A stretch of 60,553 nt of DNA, the filler included, from Asterionella formosa (Eukaryota): NCBI GenBank assembly GCA_002256025.1. It is 14 parts of 14 records of this genome, joined end to end, with 100 filler letters (N's around TTAATTAATTAA, not from the genome) between each part and the next. Parts side by side here need not be neighbours in the genome. Positions count along the whole stretch, not along the records: positions 21,748 to 25,978 come from NKIB01013638.1; positions 26,079 to 30,308 come from NKIB01013639.1; positions 30,409 to 34,611 come from NKIB01013640.1; positions 34,712 to 38,938 come from NKIB01013641.1; 10 more parts are not named here. The stretch is one strand, 5' to 3'. How positions within the stretch are numbered: the first letter of the stretch is position 1; the number at the start of each line of letters is the position of its first letter. The notes beneath the pieces are model-generated. The model saw nothing but the letters and a program-made list of their open reading frames with translations, ran no database searches and was not told the origin of the DNA. The position numbers and the translations under genes are program-made. Below are positions 23,683-35,988 of the stretch, piece by piece.

Positions 23683-24119
23683 AGCTCTTCGCAGAGGATT
23701 AAAATAAAGATGTTGAAAAGAAATGAACAGCATGGAATTGGAAGTGCTGAATGGCCACACATTTATTGATTTAAACAGAGTCGTCGCTTCCACCAAGGTT
23801 GAATTATCTACCACCGCCACTCTCGACTCAGGTCGCACGGCATCTAGGTCCAAATTGGGAAGGCCTCTCCATTTACGTTAAAATGTTCCCCGTACCAATT
23901 CGTTTAGTTTGCTGCTCTTGGTTTGTCAGATGAATCAACAACCTAGATCTTTGCCAACTTTTGATAGTGCATGCCGTGTTCTTCAGATGCTGTACTTTCA
24001 GCACCCCAACTTTCAAATGTAGTTGATACGGTTGCATTTTCCCCCTAAATAAACCAGGAAGCATCGAGTACTGCCTGTTATAACTCAATGAGTTTTTAAA
24101 GTACTGTACCTGGCACCAG

Positions 24120-24470
24120 GCATCATTGTCATGCTGTAGATATATTCGTTTTTGGTCATCAGGCCACTTCTCATTGATCACAGGTAAAACATTGTTCATG
24201 ATCATGTCAGCATGTGTCTGCATGGGTAACTGGAAGGGATTTTGTTTCCATTGTCCCTGCTGGTCGATAAATGAAAGTCCTTTGGGCTACCAATTGGTGA
24301 ACAAATGGCCAAATACCAATTTTACCGTCAAACACACACACTTTGTTGTCGTCGAAACATGGACAAGTTACAGCAGAAAGGAACATTACCTTTTCGATAT
24401 GATCTTTAGTATGTCTTTTTCGCTGTGTGGGAGCCTCCTCTCCATGAGCCAGATATATCTTCAATTTTCC
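24120..24470 (-). mobile_element. Degenerate plant-type (DD39D) mariner transposase fragment
   Basis: HIEKVMFLSAVTCPCFD...FDGKIGIWPFV...RPAGTMETK, a frameshift, then VLPVINEKWP...IYLQHDN. Confidence 0.88.
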
Positions 24471-26239
24471 TTCGTAGCAACTTCAGCCTTTCCCACCAGT
24501 TCATCTACAACACTGAAGTTGCCTTGCTTGTGTAGAATATAGTATTCCAAAGGTAATTGGTAAGCTCATTGCAGAGCCAAGGATATCAGCATCACCTGGT
24601 CCCATTCCGGCTTTGTGACAACCCAAAATAAACTACTTGTCTACAGCTGTTAAACATAAAATAAATTTTTTATGCTGCCAAGCAAGGCGAGGAGCGAGCT
24701 ACATTCTATACCAATAGAAAATGCAAAATGAGCGACGCATTACATGCCATATAGTATGCATGTGGTAGGAAATACTGGTACTGGTAAATAGAAATATACT
24801 GGTTTCTAATTGGCACATATATAACAAAATCATACCGACAATAGAAATGCATATACACGTTGTCCCCACTGTTCTAGTCGCGTAAAGGACAAGCAGTGTA
24901 AACATTTATGTCTGCAACTGTCTATATTTACTTCAAAGTGACCTGCTCAAGATTCCATAGAAATATTGACCACGACAAATAGTACGTACAGCCATGATGG
25001 TCAGTACAAAATTGTATACTGAGGTATTTTCTTGCATTTTGAGATGTTGCACCCTCTCCGAGATTTCTATTGCTCGATTTTTCTCATCTTTTTTACAAAA
25101 TAAAGAACTATTTATCTAATAGAAGTTATCAAGCTAGTCATCGCTCACGGACTCAACTTTGTCTCGTTTTTGCTCGTATCCTCAAAACTGATGAGGAAAC
25201 GACGACGAAAAAAAATTCTAGCGGCAATTTCTTTTTTGTCAATACTTGTGGAAACTTTTTATTTTTGAACGATTACTTCATCTATGTTAGTATGATACAT
25301 GTTCGAAATGGCAGTAGTTCATATTGCTCGATATTATTTTTAGTAAAAAAATGTCATTTAAAATTTAGTTGGGAAATTTTCTATCCTTGATAGAAACAAT
25401 TATTGATTTTCTAGATATTTCGTCAAAAAATTAAACACGAATTCCCTGGACTCATTCATTGTGCATTTTCGGACTCTTTTGTGCAACGAAGGTAATGGAC
25501 CTTGTTTGCAATATTCTTTCTTTACAAATGCACAGACACAACTTTCGCAACTTACATCTTCCTGCAGCAATTTCTACACTGAATGATAGTCGATTCTATG
25601 ATTCCTGTTCAGGTGAGAGTCTGGTTCAACCATTGATGTGATTGTTGTGGGGGGAGGGAATGGGATTTTAGAGGACCACCAATTCTGATTTTCATCGCTG
25701 ATTATATTTCGTCCTCCAACTCCATTTTGGATCAAGATAGTCACCATGACTGGAATGTGGCATGATCTTCTCTTTTGTTGATGTTGTTGTTTTTTCGGTT
25801 GATTCGTTAGAACGTGTAAAATAAAATCATATTAGCTATTTAATTATCAATCCAAAGCTCATGCCACCTGATTTCTAAAAGAAATTGAATCAATATACAT
25901 ACATGATGATATGAAGTAGAAAACTAATGAAATGAATGATATTAGTGAAAAATCTATCCACAAATAGATTTAGAGCGTNNNNNNNNNNNNNNNNNNNNNN
26001 NNNNNNNNNNNNNNNNNNNNNNTTAATTAATTAANNNNNNNNNNNNNNNNNNNNNNNNNNNNNNNNNNNNNNNNNNNNTACACCGGTGATCAGACCAAAA
26101 AAACCGTTGGTGATACACAAAAAAAAACCAAACCGCCATTTTTGTATCATATTTCGGCGATGATACACCAATGACAACAAATAACAGAATGATAAGAACG
26201 GCCCTAAACGTGATTGAGGGTACACGTTATATCACGTAT

Positions 26240-26923
26240 GTGGCATTGGTATCTTTTGGTGATGAAGGTGACGCAATAACACTTTCTCGTACAAACAAGG
26301 TGACATTGGTATTTATGTCACCTCGTACTCAGGCCACAGCGCGTTCTTGTACAGATAAGGTGACGACGTTGGTATCTATTGCTGATGGAGGGGACGCAAT
26401 AACACGTTGTTCTCGTTAAAACAAGGTGACATTGATATCTATTGTCACCTCGTACTTAGGTTAAAAGTAAGATCAAACGAGCTAAAAGTTGGTATCTGTG
26501 ATCTTATTTAATGGCAATCATATCTAACCAGAAAGTATGATGTGTAATTTTTTAGTAGTAAGATGTATTTATGTTAAAAGTAAGATAAAAAAAGCTAAAG
26601 ATTGTTATCTGTGATCGTATGTATTGGCAATCGTATCCAACCAAAGTATGATCTGTAATTTTTTAGTAGTAAGATATGTTCATGTTAAAAGTAAGATCAA
26701 AAAAGCTAAAAATTGTTATCTGTGATCTTATTTATTGGCAATCATTTCTAACCAGGAGGTATGATCTGTAATTCATCTACTGGTAAATATTTTATGATTT
26801 GTACCATATGAAAAATTTCGTATGACTCCCGCTAATTAAGGGGCTTAATTAAATTACTTTCTTGTAGGTACAAGAATTGATGCAAAAATTAAATTACTTT
26901 CTTGTAGGTACAAGAATTGATGC
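26240..26923 (+). repeat. Cluster of tandem repeats: ~125-bp x2 (26240-26460), ~112-bp x3 (26460-26780), 40-bp x2 (26847-26923)
   Basis: gttaaaagtaagat at 26460, 26573 and 26684; gacgcaataacac...gtcacctcgtact twice; aattaaattactttcttgtaggtacaagaattgatgc twice. Confidence 0.88.
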
Positions 26924-27759
26924 GGAAAAATTCAAAAACAGTATATCAGGTCCTGGAAAACGATGATATCCTCATGCATTGTATATATTTGAATTATGTA
27001 TAAGCTCAATTGATGATAGTATACACATTATGTGCATATATTTATATGTTTTCAAAATTTTAAAAAAATAGACATAGCCTATTTATTCATTTGAAATCAT
27101 GTTTAGAGGTTCCTTGTTATGCATACCGGTAACACATGATTCTGAAATGAAAGATCATCTCTGCACTGTGACAAGGAAAACTGAAAGAACGACGCTTCAA
27201 CGCACCCAGCAATGATGATAAACCTTGCGGCTTAGAAGGATTGAAAATGGAAAAGTGAACTGAATCTGGCTATGCTATGTCAAGAGTAAATGCCAAGGTG
27301 ATCAATTGTTGGGTTCACAAAGACTAAATGATTGCCTCCTTCCCTAGCAATTCAAAAGCACATTTCGCATTCAGCGGGATACCACCAATGTCGACCAAAA
27401 AATTGTAAATGCTCTTGTTGAATCAATGAACCACTGTTAGAACATCACTGACTCAAGTTTGTTTTTCAATCTTTTAGGATAATTTTGATCAAAGACTGTT
27501 GTTGTAAGTTATAAATGAAATTGCTAAAACGCTTTATTGATTTGTCCCTATGTGATCATTGACTGACAAAATATAGAATTATGCGAAAACTTCATAGATT
27601 TCTGGTAAGTGGAGCATGCTAAAATGGGACCGCAGTGTTGAGACATAAACAAAACATGGCTAGTAACGAGCAAGTAATTCCTTCTCATTGTTTTTATAAT
27701 TAGGAAATCAAAATAGATAAAACAGAATCGGATCAAAAGGAAATGGGATTTGCAGCATG

Positions 27760-30182
27760 TAGACGGCGATGCATTCCTTCCTTGGAAAAACCTCAAGGCT
27801 CGCTATGTTCCTAATGCTACAAGTGACCTAATCTAACTGTCAGGACAGTTCAACAAGTGCATCTGTGAGGGGAAGACGCAAGACCCTGACGAATGGTTCA
27901 TCCAACTCGAATTGTTGAGGAATTGAATGGCGACAATTGATTCTGCCTACGAAAAGAAGGATCTCAAGATGATTGCCCACATACTAGACAAACTACCTAA
28001 GGAGTACTCAGAAGTGGTAACAATGGTTGAGGCTATGCCCTCTTCAACACTAGAATACCTTAAGGCCAAGATATGCGCATTCTTCAAACGCAAGTTTAAG
28101 AACGAAAAGTCGGATGGCGAACTTGCTCTTGCTGCCTTTGGAACTAAGTTCAAAGGACTCTGTCGCTCTTGTGGGAAGCAAGGACACAAGGCAGCCGATT
28201 GTCGAGTCAAGAACTTCTTGACTTGACGATAAAGAACAGGCCTCCTCCGAAAGGCTTCAAGTGTTTCAATTGCAACAAGCATGCCGTACATATCGCAAAA
28301 GATTGCCCCGAACCCAAATGAGAATGTACTACAACGAAAGAGACCGGCATGTTTGCTGGCATGTGAAAGATTGACTACGAAGAAATCGAAGTGAACAAAA
28401 AGAAGCAAGATACGAATGACAAGTACAACAAGAACGACGATAAAGAATGGACCTTCTTCGGTATTTGCCAGGAATTTATTGATGATTGTGATGAAAAAAT
28501 TAATAACAAATGGTTTTGTGCTTCTGCTGTTGCTCCTCGCTGTATCGCCCTACAGGAGAATTGGCTCGCTGGTGATACTGGAGCTACTGCCCATATCACA
28601 ATGAGTGATGTCGGTATGACAAATGTACGCACAGTTAGTGTCACAGTCGTCGTCGGCGATGGCTCGGAAATTAAATGCACAAAACGCGGTGACATCAAGC
28701 TCACCAACGGAGAAAAGACCATGATATTGAAGGATGTCCTGTATAAGCCTAAGTTTCACAAGAACATCGTCAGTTTGGGCATCCTAATCCATTGTGACGG
28801 TTTTGACTTTCAGTCACGGGGTCTACAATTACAGTTAAGAAAGGTCATGGAGGACATATTTCATTTAACAGAGAGACCAATGGAGTTCTCTATTATTTTA
28901 AAGGAAGTCGCGCAAGTTATGCCGATGTCGTATCCATGGTTATTGCCCCATTGTCCCAGGGGGCCGATAGTACCAAAAACTTGTCTACAAACACCCATAC
29001 AGTTATGAGTGGGGAGGACAAAATGAAGTCACACGGACATCAACGAGGCACTTCATATCTACGGGCATATCGGGGAAGCCACACTAAGAACTGAAGATAG
29101 AACTTACTGTTACCATCCGGACCTGTGACGGATGCTCTAAGGCAAAGGCGAAAGCGAAGGCAGTTTCAAAAGTGTCGACTGTACAGGCTGTACTACCCGG
29201 TGAACGGATTTTCGTGGACACTACAGGGCCGTACAAAAAGTGCATTGTTGGAAGCAATTACTGGATACTTGTGGTTGATCAGTTCTCTGGAAAGTCATGG
29301 AGCTTCTGTTTTAGGAAGAAGAATTTAATATCCGAAATTGTGGACGAGCTACTTATCAAGCTATTTGCAGCAAATTATGTCATCAAGTATCTATGATGTG
29401 ATAATGCTGGTGAAAATCTCGAAAATTTGTCATCTGTATGCACCAAGCATGGTATTTAGATTGAATACACAGCACCAAATACACCTCAGCAGAACGGTGT
29501 TGTTGAGCGCAAGTTTGTCACCATATGTGATAGAAGCTGTGCTGGTGCTATGATCAATGCAAAGCTAAATGATGAATTTTAAGGACTTCTTTAGGCAGAA
29601 CGTGCCAACACAATGACTCGAGTGACAAATGTGGTTTCGAATTCAAGAAATATCAAGTGTACTGATTGGCTATGGTATGGGAAACAACATACAATATATG
29701 AACACTTGATCCAATTTGGACGAATTGGATATGTCACCATAAGAATCCCTGTGAATAGGCTTGATGATGAAGCAATTAAATGTATCATGATTGGATACTC
29801 TGAAAATCACTCAGGTGATACCTACCAACTCCTTAACCCTATAACAAAGAAGGTGATTCAGAGCCTTGATGTAAAATGGATAGAGTGGCATGGAGAAACA
29901 AAACCTACCGATGATTTGACCATGTTCAAGACTGGGATTGATGAAATTGAGTTTGAGGAACTTGACCGACCTGTTGCACCAACTCTGACTGTCATCCCAG
30001 ATGATGAGACTGGAACAATTTCGACTCTTAATGACTTGCTGGTCGCTGAAGCAGGGAGGAATGAAGCTTCAAATACTTCACAGCCTGCTATTACAAGAGC
30101 TGAACGAGAGCTCAAGAGACTTGGTCATGAAACTGCTCCAATGATGTCTACACTACATTCTGGAAGATCATATACAATTTTA

Positions 30183-30258
<76 letters not shown>

Positions 30259-30308
30259 ATGATGATGATGATGATGATGATTATGATGATAATGATGATA
30301 ATAATAAT
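27760..30308 (+). mobile_element. Degenerate Ty1/Copia retrotransposon: gag, protease, integrase (RT not in window)
   Basis: DGDAFLPWKNLKARY...DPDEWF; zinc knuckles CRSCGKQGHKAADC and CFNCNKH..HIAKDC; protease WLAGDTGAT; integrase PGERIFVDTTGP, YL*CDNAGEN, TAPNTPQQNGVVERKF; KCIMIGYSENHSGDTY. Protease-then-integrase order is Copia. Confidence 0.93.
30183..30308 (+). repeat. (GAT)n microsatellite grading into (AAT)n
   Basis: Directly visible; reaches the contig end. Confidence 0.97.
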
Positions 30309-30408
30309 NNNNNNNNNNNNNNNNNNNNNNNNNNNNNNNNNNNNNNNNNNNNTTAATTAATTAANNNNNNNNNNNNNNNNNNNNNNNNNNNNNNNNNNNN
30401 NNNNNNNN

Positions 30409-31358
30409 GCGAGAAACTGCAGAAAGGAACTTCGGTTTTTTAACTATGCTGAAAATAGTGGATTTTACCGGGCTAACTCGTTTATTTGGCCTAGTAAAAA
30501 AACCGAAGTTCCTTTCTGCAGTTTCTCGCCGAAAGTTAACTTCTGGGGCTATATGAAGATTACCTATGTACTTAACTCTTCTTCAAACCCTGCCAACGTT
30601 GAGCTATCGTCGTCCAAAAATTCGACAATATCGGCCTTTTCAACGGTCCCCCAAACGTCGGAATCAGAATCACTAATCGCCGAAACGTCATCATCGGAAT
30701 GGTAGTCTTGTGCTAAAATTTGTAGTCGTAAAATCTCGTGTACAAAAAGTTCCAATGTAATTGCCCGCTGTAATAATCATATTCTGATTGGTTATCCTTA
30801 CATCCGTTCGATTGGCACGGTTTGCGAGGTCGTGCAATCCCACGCCGGCCACACTGGATACACATGAAGCATTTTCTTGGGTGTTGGCCGATCCTACCCG
30901 TATGCCGGTATCGGGTAGGTTTACCCGTATACCGGAATCCGTACGGAGTAGGAATACCGAGTACCGGGTAGACCTACCGGTTCCAGGTAACTGATCATCA
31001 TTCGTCATAGTAAATGGTACTGCACGCTAACCAGTACCTTAGTACCGATAGTTTGCACATTCAAATATGTTTTGCAGCCGCCGGGTCGTGCATGTGAAAC
31101 ATATTAATGATACGAGTAGGTATACTATCGGTAGAGTAGCAATATAAAACATTCAGCGATGAAGAATCTATCTTTACATATTTTATGCATTTGAAATGGA
31201 ATCTATATACGTACGCGCAAATTTCCACTCATTTGAATTTTTCAAACGGAATCATTGATATTCAAATTAGCACATAAAAGTTCTTAGTTCCAGGGAATTT
31301 CGGCAACCCTAAGCAATTTTTTAATTTTTGCCTAGGGGTTCAAATGCAGGAACCTTAA
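30409..31358 (-). mobile_element. TIR transposon family A, copy 2, with internal palindrome and short acidic ORF remnant
   Basis: gcgagaaactgcagaaaggaacttcggtttttt...aaaaaaccgaagttcctttctgcagtttctcgc at 30409-30529; homology to 3440-3706; terminus ttcaaatgcaggaacct|taa. Confidence 0.65.
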
Positions 31359-32816
31359 ATCAGCCAGTAGTATTGTAAGCATGAGATACCTGAGTCAAAG
31401 CGTCTTGATAAATGTCTACAGTCTGATTCTTGACCAGTTACGCTACTATCCTATCCATAATTTTTCACAAAATCAATCTAATTTTTCTAAGCCTTGTTGC
31501 AGCTCTCCCGGAGCAATATATATGCCTTTGTATTCTTGTTTTTGTAGGTCTGTACCCTCTTGCTGTAGGCATCATGATCGGTATTTTGTCATGATTGGCC
31601 TTAAATTCGATTTCATGTTGGCGATTCTCTGCAGCACGATCTTCATCTTTAGCTGCCAAGCTCATCTGCATTCTTGGCTTCCATGTCAATGTGATCATTG
31701 GTTCTAGTAACTTGGATCGAAACAAGCAAACAATGTCAATACAAGATCATTTCAGCAATAACATCTGAGCAAGGCAATAACAAAAAAAATTAACAGCATT
31801 ACAACATCATAAACAACGTTTTTTATAGAAATGCAATTCTACTACTTGATGTTTATAGTTATATCATGTAACATCTAGAATTCAAACGCAACTTAACAGG
31901 AGATTAGAAAAAGCAAGAGAATATCCAAACCTGATTTGAAACGTCACATGAATCAATCAAGTCCATTCGCTGTTCCAGTGTTTAGCTGTTAACTTTAGCT
32001 GTATAATGAAGAAAAATGAGCATAACAATAAGATAAAATTATCTTATGATTATAATGAACTAATTATTATGAGGCGTTGTTATTTTGAAACATTACATAA
32101 CAAATGTATCTTTTACAGCAATCATACAATGATAATGATAAACAATCTTCATTATTTAATATTTGTTACTCAGACTTTGTCAGGTCTTTTTTTTATATTT
32201 ATTTTTAAGAAAACGATCAAGAATGTTTTGTATAATTTTTCCGTGAACGAGGCATCTCAATGTACGCCAAGGGTTGATAACGAAAGTAAGATTGAACGAT
32301 CGCATGCATATCTACCCCCAAGCATTGAATCTGGTCGTAGCATGAGTGTATGCAGCCATGTTTGTAGGGTGCTTGAATACCAAATAAATGCATTGGCGTG
32401 TATACAACAGTAAATCGTTGTTCTACCAGAACGCCTTGATAAAACCCGACAAATTTTCCTCGTCCAAACAAAGAACCGTTCTTTCACTTTGGAACGGTGG
32501 TTGCGTCAATAAATCTTTGATGTCCAAGAGGGAAAAGGTACAAATGGATAAGGTTGTAGCTCACTTTTATACCCAAAAGATGTGCATTTTTCTCTATGTA
32601 CAAGAAAATGTTGAACGAAATATTCATTCAGATGAATGCCTTGCACTTTCTTGGACAACCAGGAAGTAGTTGCTTACATTGATACATAAGGTGTGTTCCA
32701 TCCCCTTTTGCTTTGATGTTTGAATAGTTTTTTCTCGTGATGATTCATGAACACTAATGAAAATCGATAGTATGCATCATGACAAAATGACCATAACATT
32801 TCATCATATAGTAGTA

Positions 32817-32900
32817 CCTGCATGTTGCGGTCATTTGGCTTAAATAAACAATTAAATATAGCATGAAGATAGCTAAAATTTAAACTTCAGCACAATTGGG
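32817..32900 (+). mobile_element. MITE family B copy
   Basis: TA|CCTGCATGTTGCGGTCATT...cttaaataaacaatt...gatagctaa...cttcagcacaatt. Confidence 0.7.
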
Positions 32901-34176
32901 TAGTACATAGGATACTGAAATTTTCACTGGGCCATTGATCGCGATAGTCCCATATGATTAGCATTACATGATACATACATAAAGCAAAGAAAGTCATGCA
33001 TGCACCATCATCATGCCTGCACCTCTACGATGAATACGAAAATGATCACCGGGCTACCAAAATTATGCACCTTGTAGGATTATCCTCATCAACTATAGAT
33101 TATGGAAGAATAATTAAACCACTGACTTGTAAATACAAGAATTGTAACTGAAAAAATTCAAACAGTAATTAGGATTATCCTCCTCACATAAAAGTATTTA
33201 CCAACAATTGTACCTCCAGAATGAAAATTCCAAATGGAAGATAGCCAACCAGCGGGTATATTACGTATTATAACGAGTAATGCATGCCATCCACCCATTG
33301 TGGTCTTATTTCCTGTAAGAGTGTATACTAACCGGTATATTAAAACTAATTTCTTTAACAGAGACTACCAGTATACATGTATGCCAATGGGAGACATGTA
33401 AACACCTTGTCCTCAATGCGTTGACCATGGTGTTAATCACGAATTTAGTATCCATCAAAATGGCAAATGAGTCATGTGCCTTTGAGGTCTAATATGTCAT
33501 AGTTTGAATGATACAATAGAAAAATAATCATAAATATACATTTTGAATCGTGTAAGAAACTACAAATCTACAATGCGAAAAATATTTGTCAATTTACAGG
33601 AATACAAACAGAACTATTGATTTGTTTCAGCAATGACTGCTGGAGCCATGATATAGTACTACCACTATGGCAACAATTAAAACTATCATATGACGAGAGG
33701 GCAATCAAAAGTTGTGTGAATGTAAAATTCAAATTATAAACACCAATAAACCAATCGAATTGCAGTAGCAGTGTTATCTTATTGGACGACCCATGTGGTT
33801 GATTTTCAACAGCCAACAAAATAAATTGCAGTTGGCATAATATCAATGTGATGCAGGAGTATGGGACTATAGATTTACCGCAGGAACTCCAACTCCCAGT
33901 GTACTGTTGTGAATATTGGTACCTGATGGTACAGGTATTACTGTTACCGGCAATAGAGGATCATAAAAAATGATGATCAGGAAACATTACAAAGGAACAA
34001 AGCAAACGTCATGTGCGTCTCACCATGTCAGGAACAAAACAGCATCATACTAGCCAATAAATCTTCCTCCTCCCACCAACTAACCAACCAGCTATACAAC
34101 AACTGCCGTATAGCTATAACTAACGAACTGGCTGACTGACTAAATATCTTTCTTACTAATTAAGTAAGATTATTCG

Positions 34177-34449
34177 ATGCCTCATACAATGGAGCAGCAA
34201 GTCTTCTCGGCCGCCTCGGCCATGATTAACCCCAACACAGACAGCCAGACTCGGTCTGCCGCATCGTTGTTTCTGGAACAATGGACGCAAACGACAGAGG
34301 CCTGGACTTTGTATTTAGCATGGCTGCAGTCCTTTTCCTTTTCGGAGGAGGGAATGCCGTTGCTGTGCCTAACTTTGTTGCAATCGAAAATTAGACAAGA
34401 CATTCATCGACAAAACAGCAATATAACAGCAACTACTCGGCACAGCTGA
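34177..34449 (+). pseudogene. N-terminal fragment of an importin-beta family karyopherin
   Basis: QTRSAASLFLEQWTQTTEAW...LCLTLLQSKIRQD fits the IBN_N pattern. It stops after 90 codons with no convincing splice donor. Confidence 0.55.
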
Positions 34450-34711
34450 CATTACAAGGTCAACTCTAGATTCGTAAATCTTTAGATATTTAGGAACCAC
34501 AGTCAAGACAAAATATACCACCTCAAGAGTGGTGGATGGCATCTGTAAAATCGGTGAAAAAATCTAGGAGTCAGGAGGGATCAAGGCGATTAGGGACACT
34601 GACAAAATCAANNNNNNNNNNNNNNNNNNNNNNNNNNNNNNNNNNNNNNNNNNNNTTAATTAATTAANNNNNNNNNNNNNNNNNNNNNNNNNNNNNNNNN
34701 NNNNNNNNNNN

Positions 34712-35436
34712 GTGTTGAACTCGAATACAGTCGCTGTGATATTCACTTCGGCATTTGATTTACTTTTGGCAGCTGGAAGGGGTTGCTCTTCAGTAGCATT
34801 TCGTGCAATGATCTCAATTGTTGCTCTCCCACTGTTTTGCTAACAAAGTGGAGATAACGAGCAATGTGAGAGGACAATAGTGAACTGGAGTATCTCAATG
34901 AGAATTCACATTATAAACTAATTCTTTGCCAATCTTTTCCCTCTTACCTTCCATTTGCAATTATGGAATAATATACGCATGCGTGGTAGTGGCTCCACTT
35001 CTATTATAATACTACTTTTGGTCGATGACTCGAAGGTAACACCCTCGATTAGGACAGTGAGATTGTCACGAGAGTGTATATGTATATGTGATTCGTTAGC
35101 AGCATTCCATACACATACTTGCAATGGATCTAAGCAGGTAACGGTCAACATGTTCTGGTTTTCGGGGAGCTCCAGTGGCTCAGCCGTTTCGTAGTCGATT
35201 CCAGGGCAAAGCAGTAGTGTTGTCGTCTTGTTTTCTGCACGATCTTTCAGATAGGAGGTAATGTTTGGATAGCCAGATAGGCCAGATGTATTCTCACAGG
35301 CACTTATTCGCAAATCTTTGTTATTTGATTTTGCAGAAAGAACGCGATATGCTCCTGTTTCAGACTTGGTGAACGAGAACATACTAACTAGAGAGAGGCT
35401 CCAGAGATGAGTCAGTATGAAAATGAAAGCCTTCAT
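34712..35436 (-). CDS. Secreted protein, possibly beta-helix/pectin-lyase-like; 3'-truncated. Exons 34948-35436 and 34712-34839.
   Basis: Hydrophobic N-terminus MKAFIFILTHLWSLSLVS; LLLCPG...VTC...C...H...VLIEGVTFE...LFHNCKWK|GTAAGA; TAG acceptor at 34840 continues QNSGRATIEII in frame. Confidence 0.72.
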
Positions 35437-35892
35437 GACGATGCGGAACGAATTAAATATAGGAAAGAGTTAGCCTTCTTGCTTGTCTTCGCCTTTTTCT
35501 ACAGCCTGACAAAAGGAGTCTAATGGAAAGATCACGCTAATGGTCGTCTATATACTCTGAGCCAACATCTAGGATAGGGCTCTGAAAGAAATGCAGTGTT
35601 GTACAAATGACCAAATAGAACATCGTCACATTACCGGTACCCTGGTATATTTTCCGATGTGCACAAAATATAGGCTAGTGGTGTACCCTGGTACCTGGTA
35701 CCCTCGTAACGGTAATCGCACCATCGGTTATAATGCTGTGACTGTTTATCATGGTCCATGTATGTGACACATGTACTCGGGGTATTGCTTGCAGTTTATC
35801 TGGAACAAGTACGAAATGGTACTCCTGGTAGACTACCGGTAACCTGGTAATAATAAACCTGTAATCTGTGACCAGGTACCTGGTATCATGTA

Positions 35893-35988
35893 CCAGCACG
35901 TTGCGGTCATTTTACTTAAATAAACAATTCGATATGGGATAAAAATAGCTAACTTTTTAGTTCCAGCGAAATTACCCCAACTTGCAGG
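35893..35988 (+). mobile_element. MITE family B, complete 96-bp copy
   Basis: TA|CCAGCACGTTGCGGTCATT...AATTACCCCAACTTGCAGG|CA; imperfect 19-bp TIRs. Confidence 0.72.

Noticed and set aside
30183..30308. Poly-Asp domain in the Copia polyprotein
   Set aside because: The element is already disabled by stops and frameshifts; simple (GAT)n expansion explains it.
32217..32720. Plavaka-like or other transposase remnant; also Myb/NAM-like remnants near 37313-37501 and 39930-40030
   Set aside because: Resemblance is too weak and fragmented to support without a profile search.
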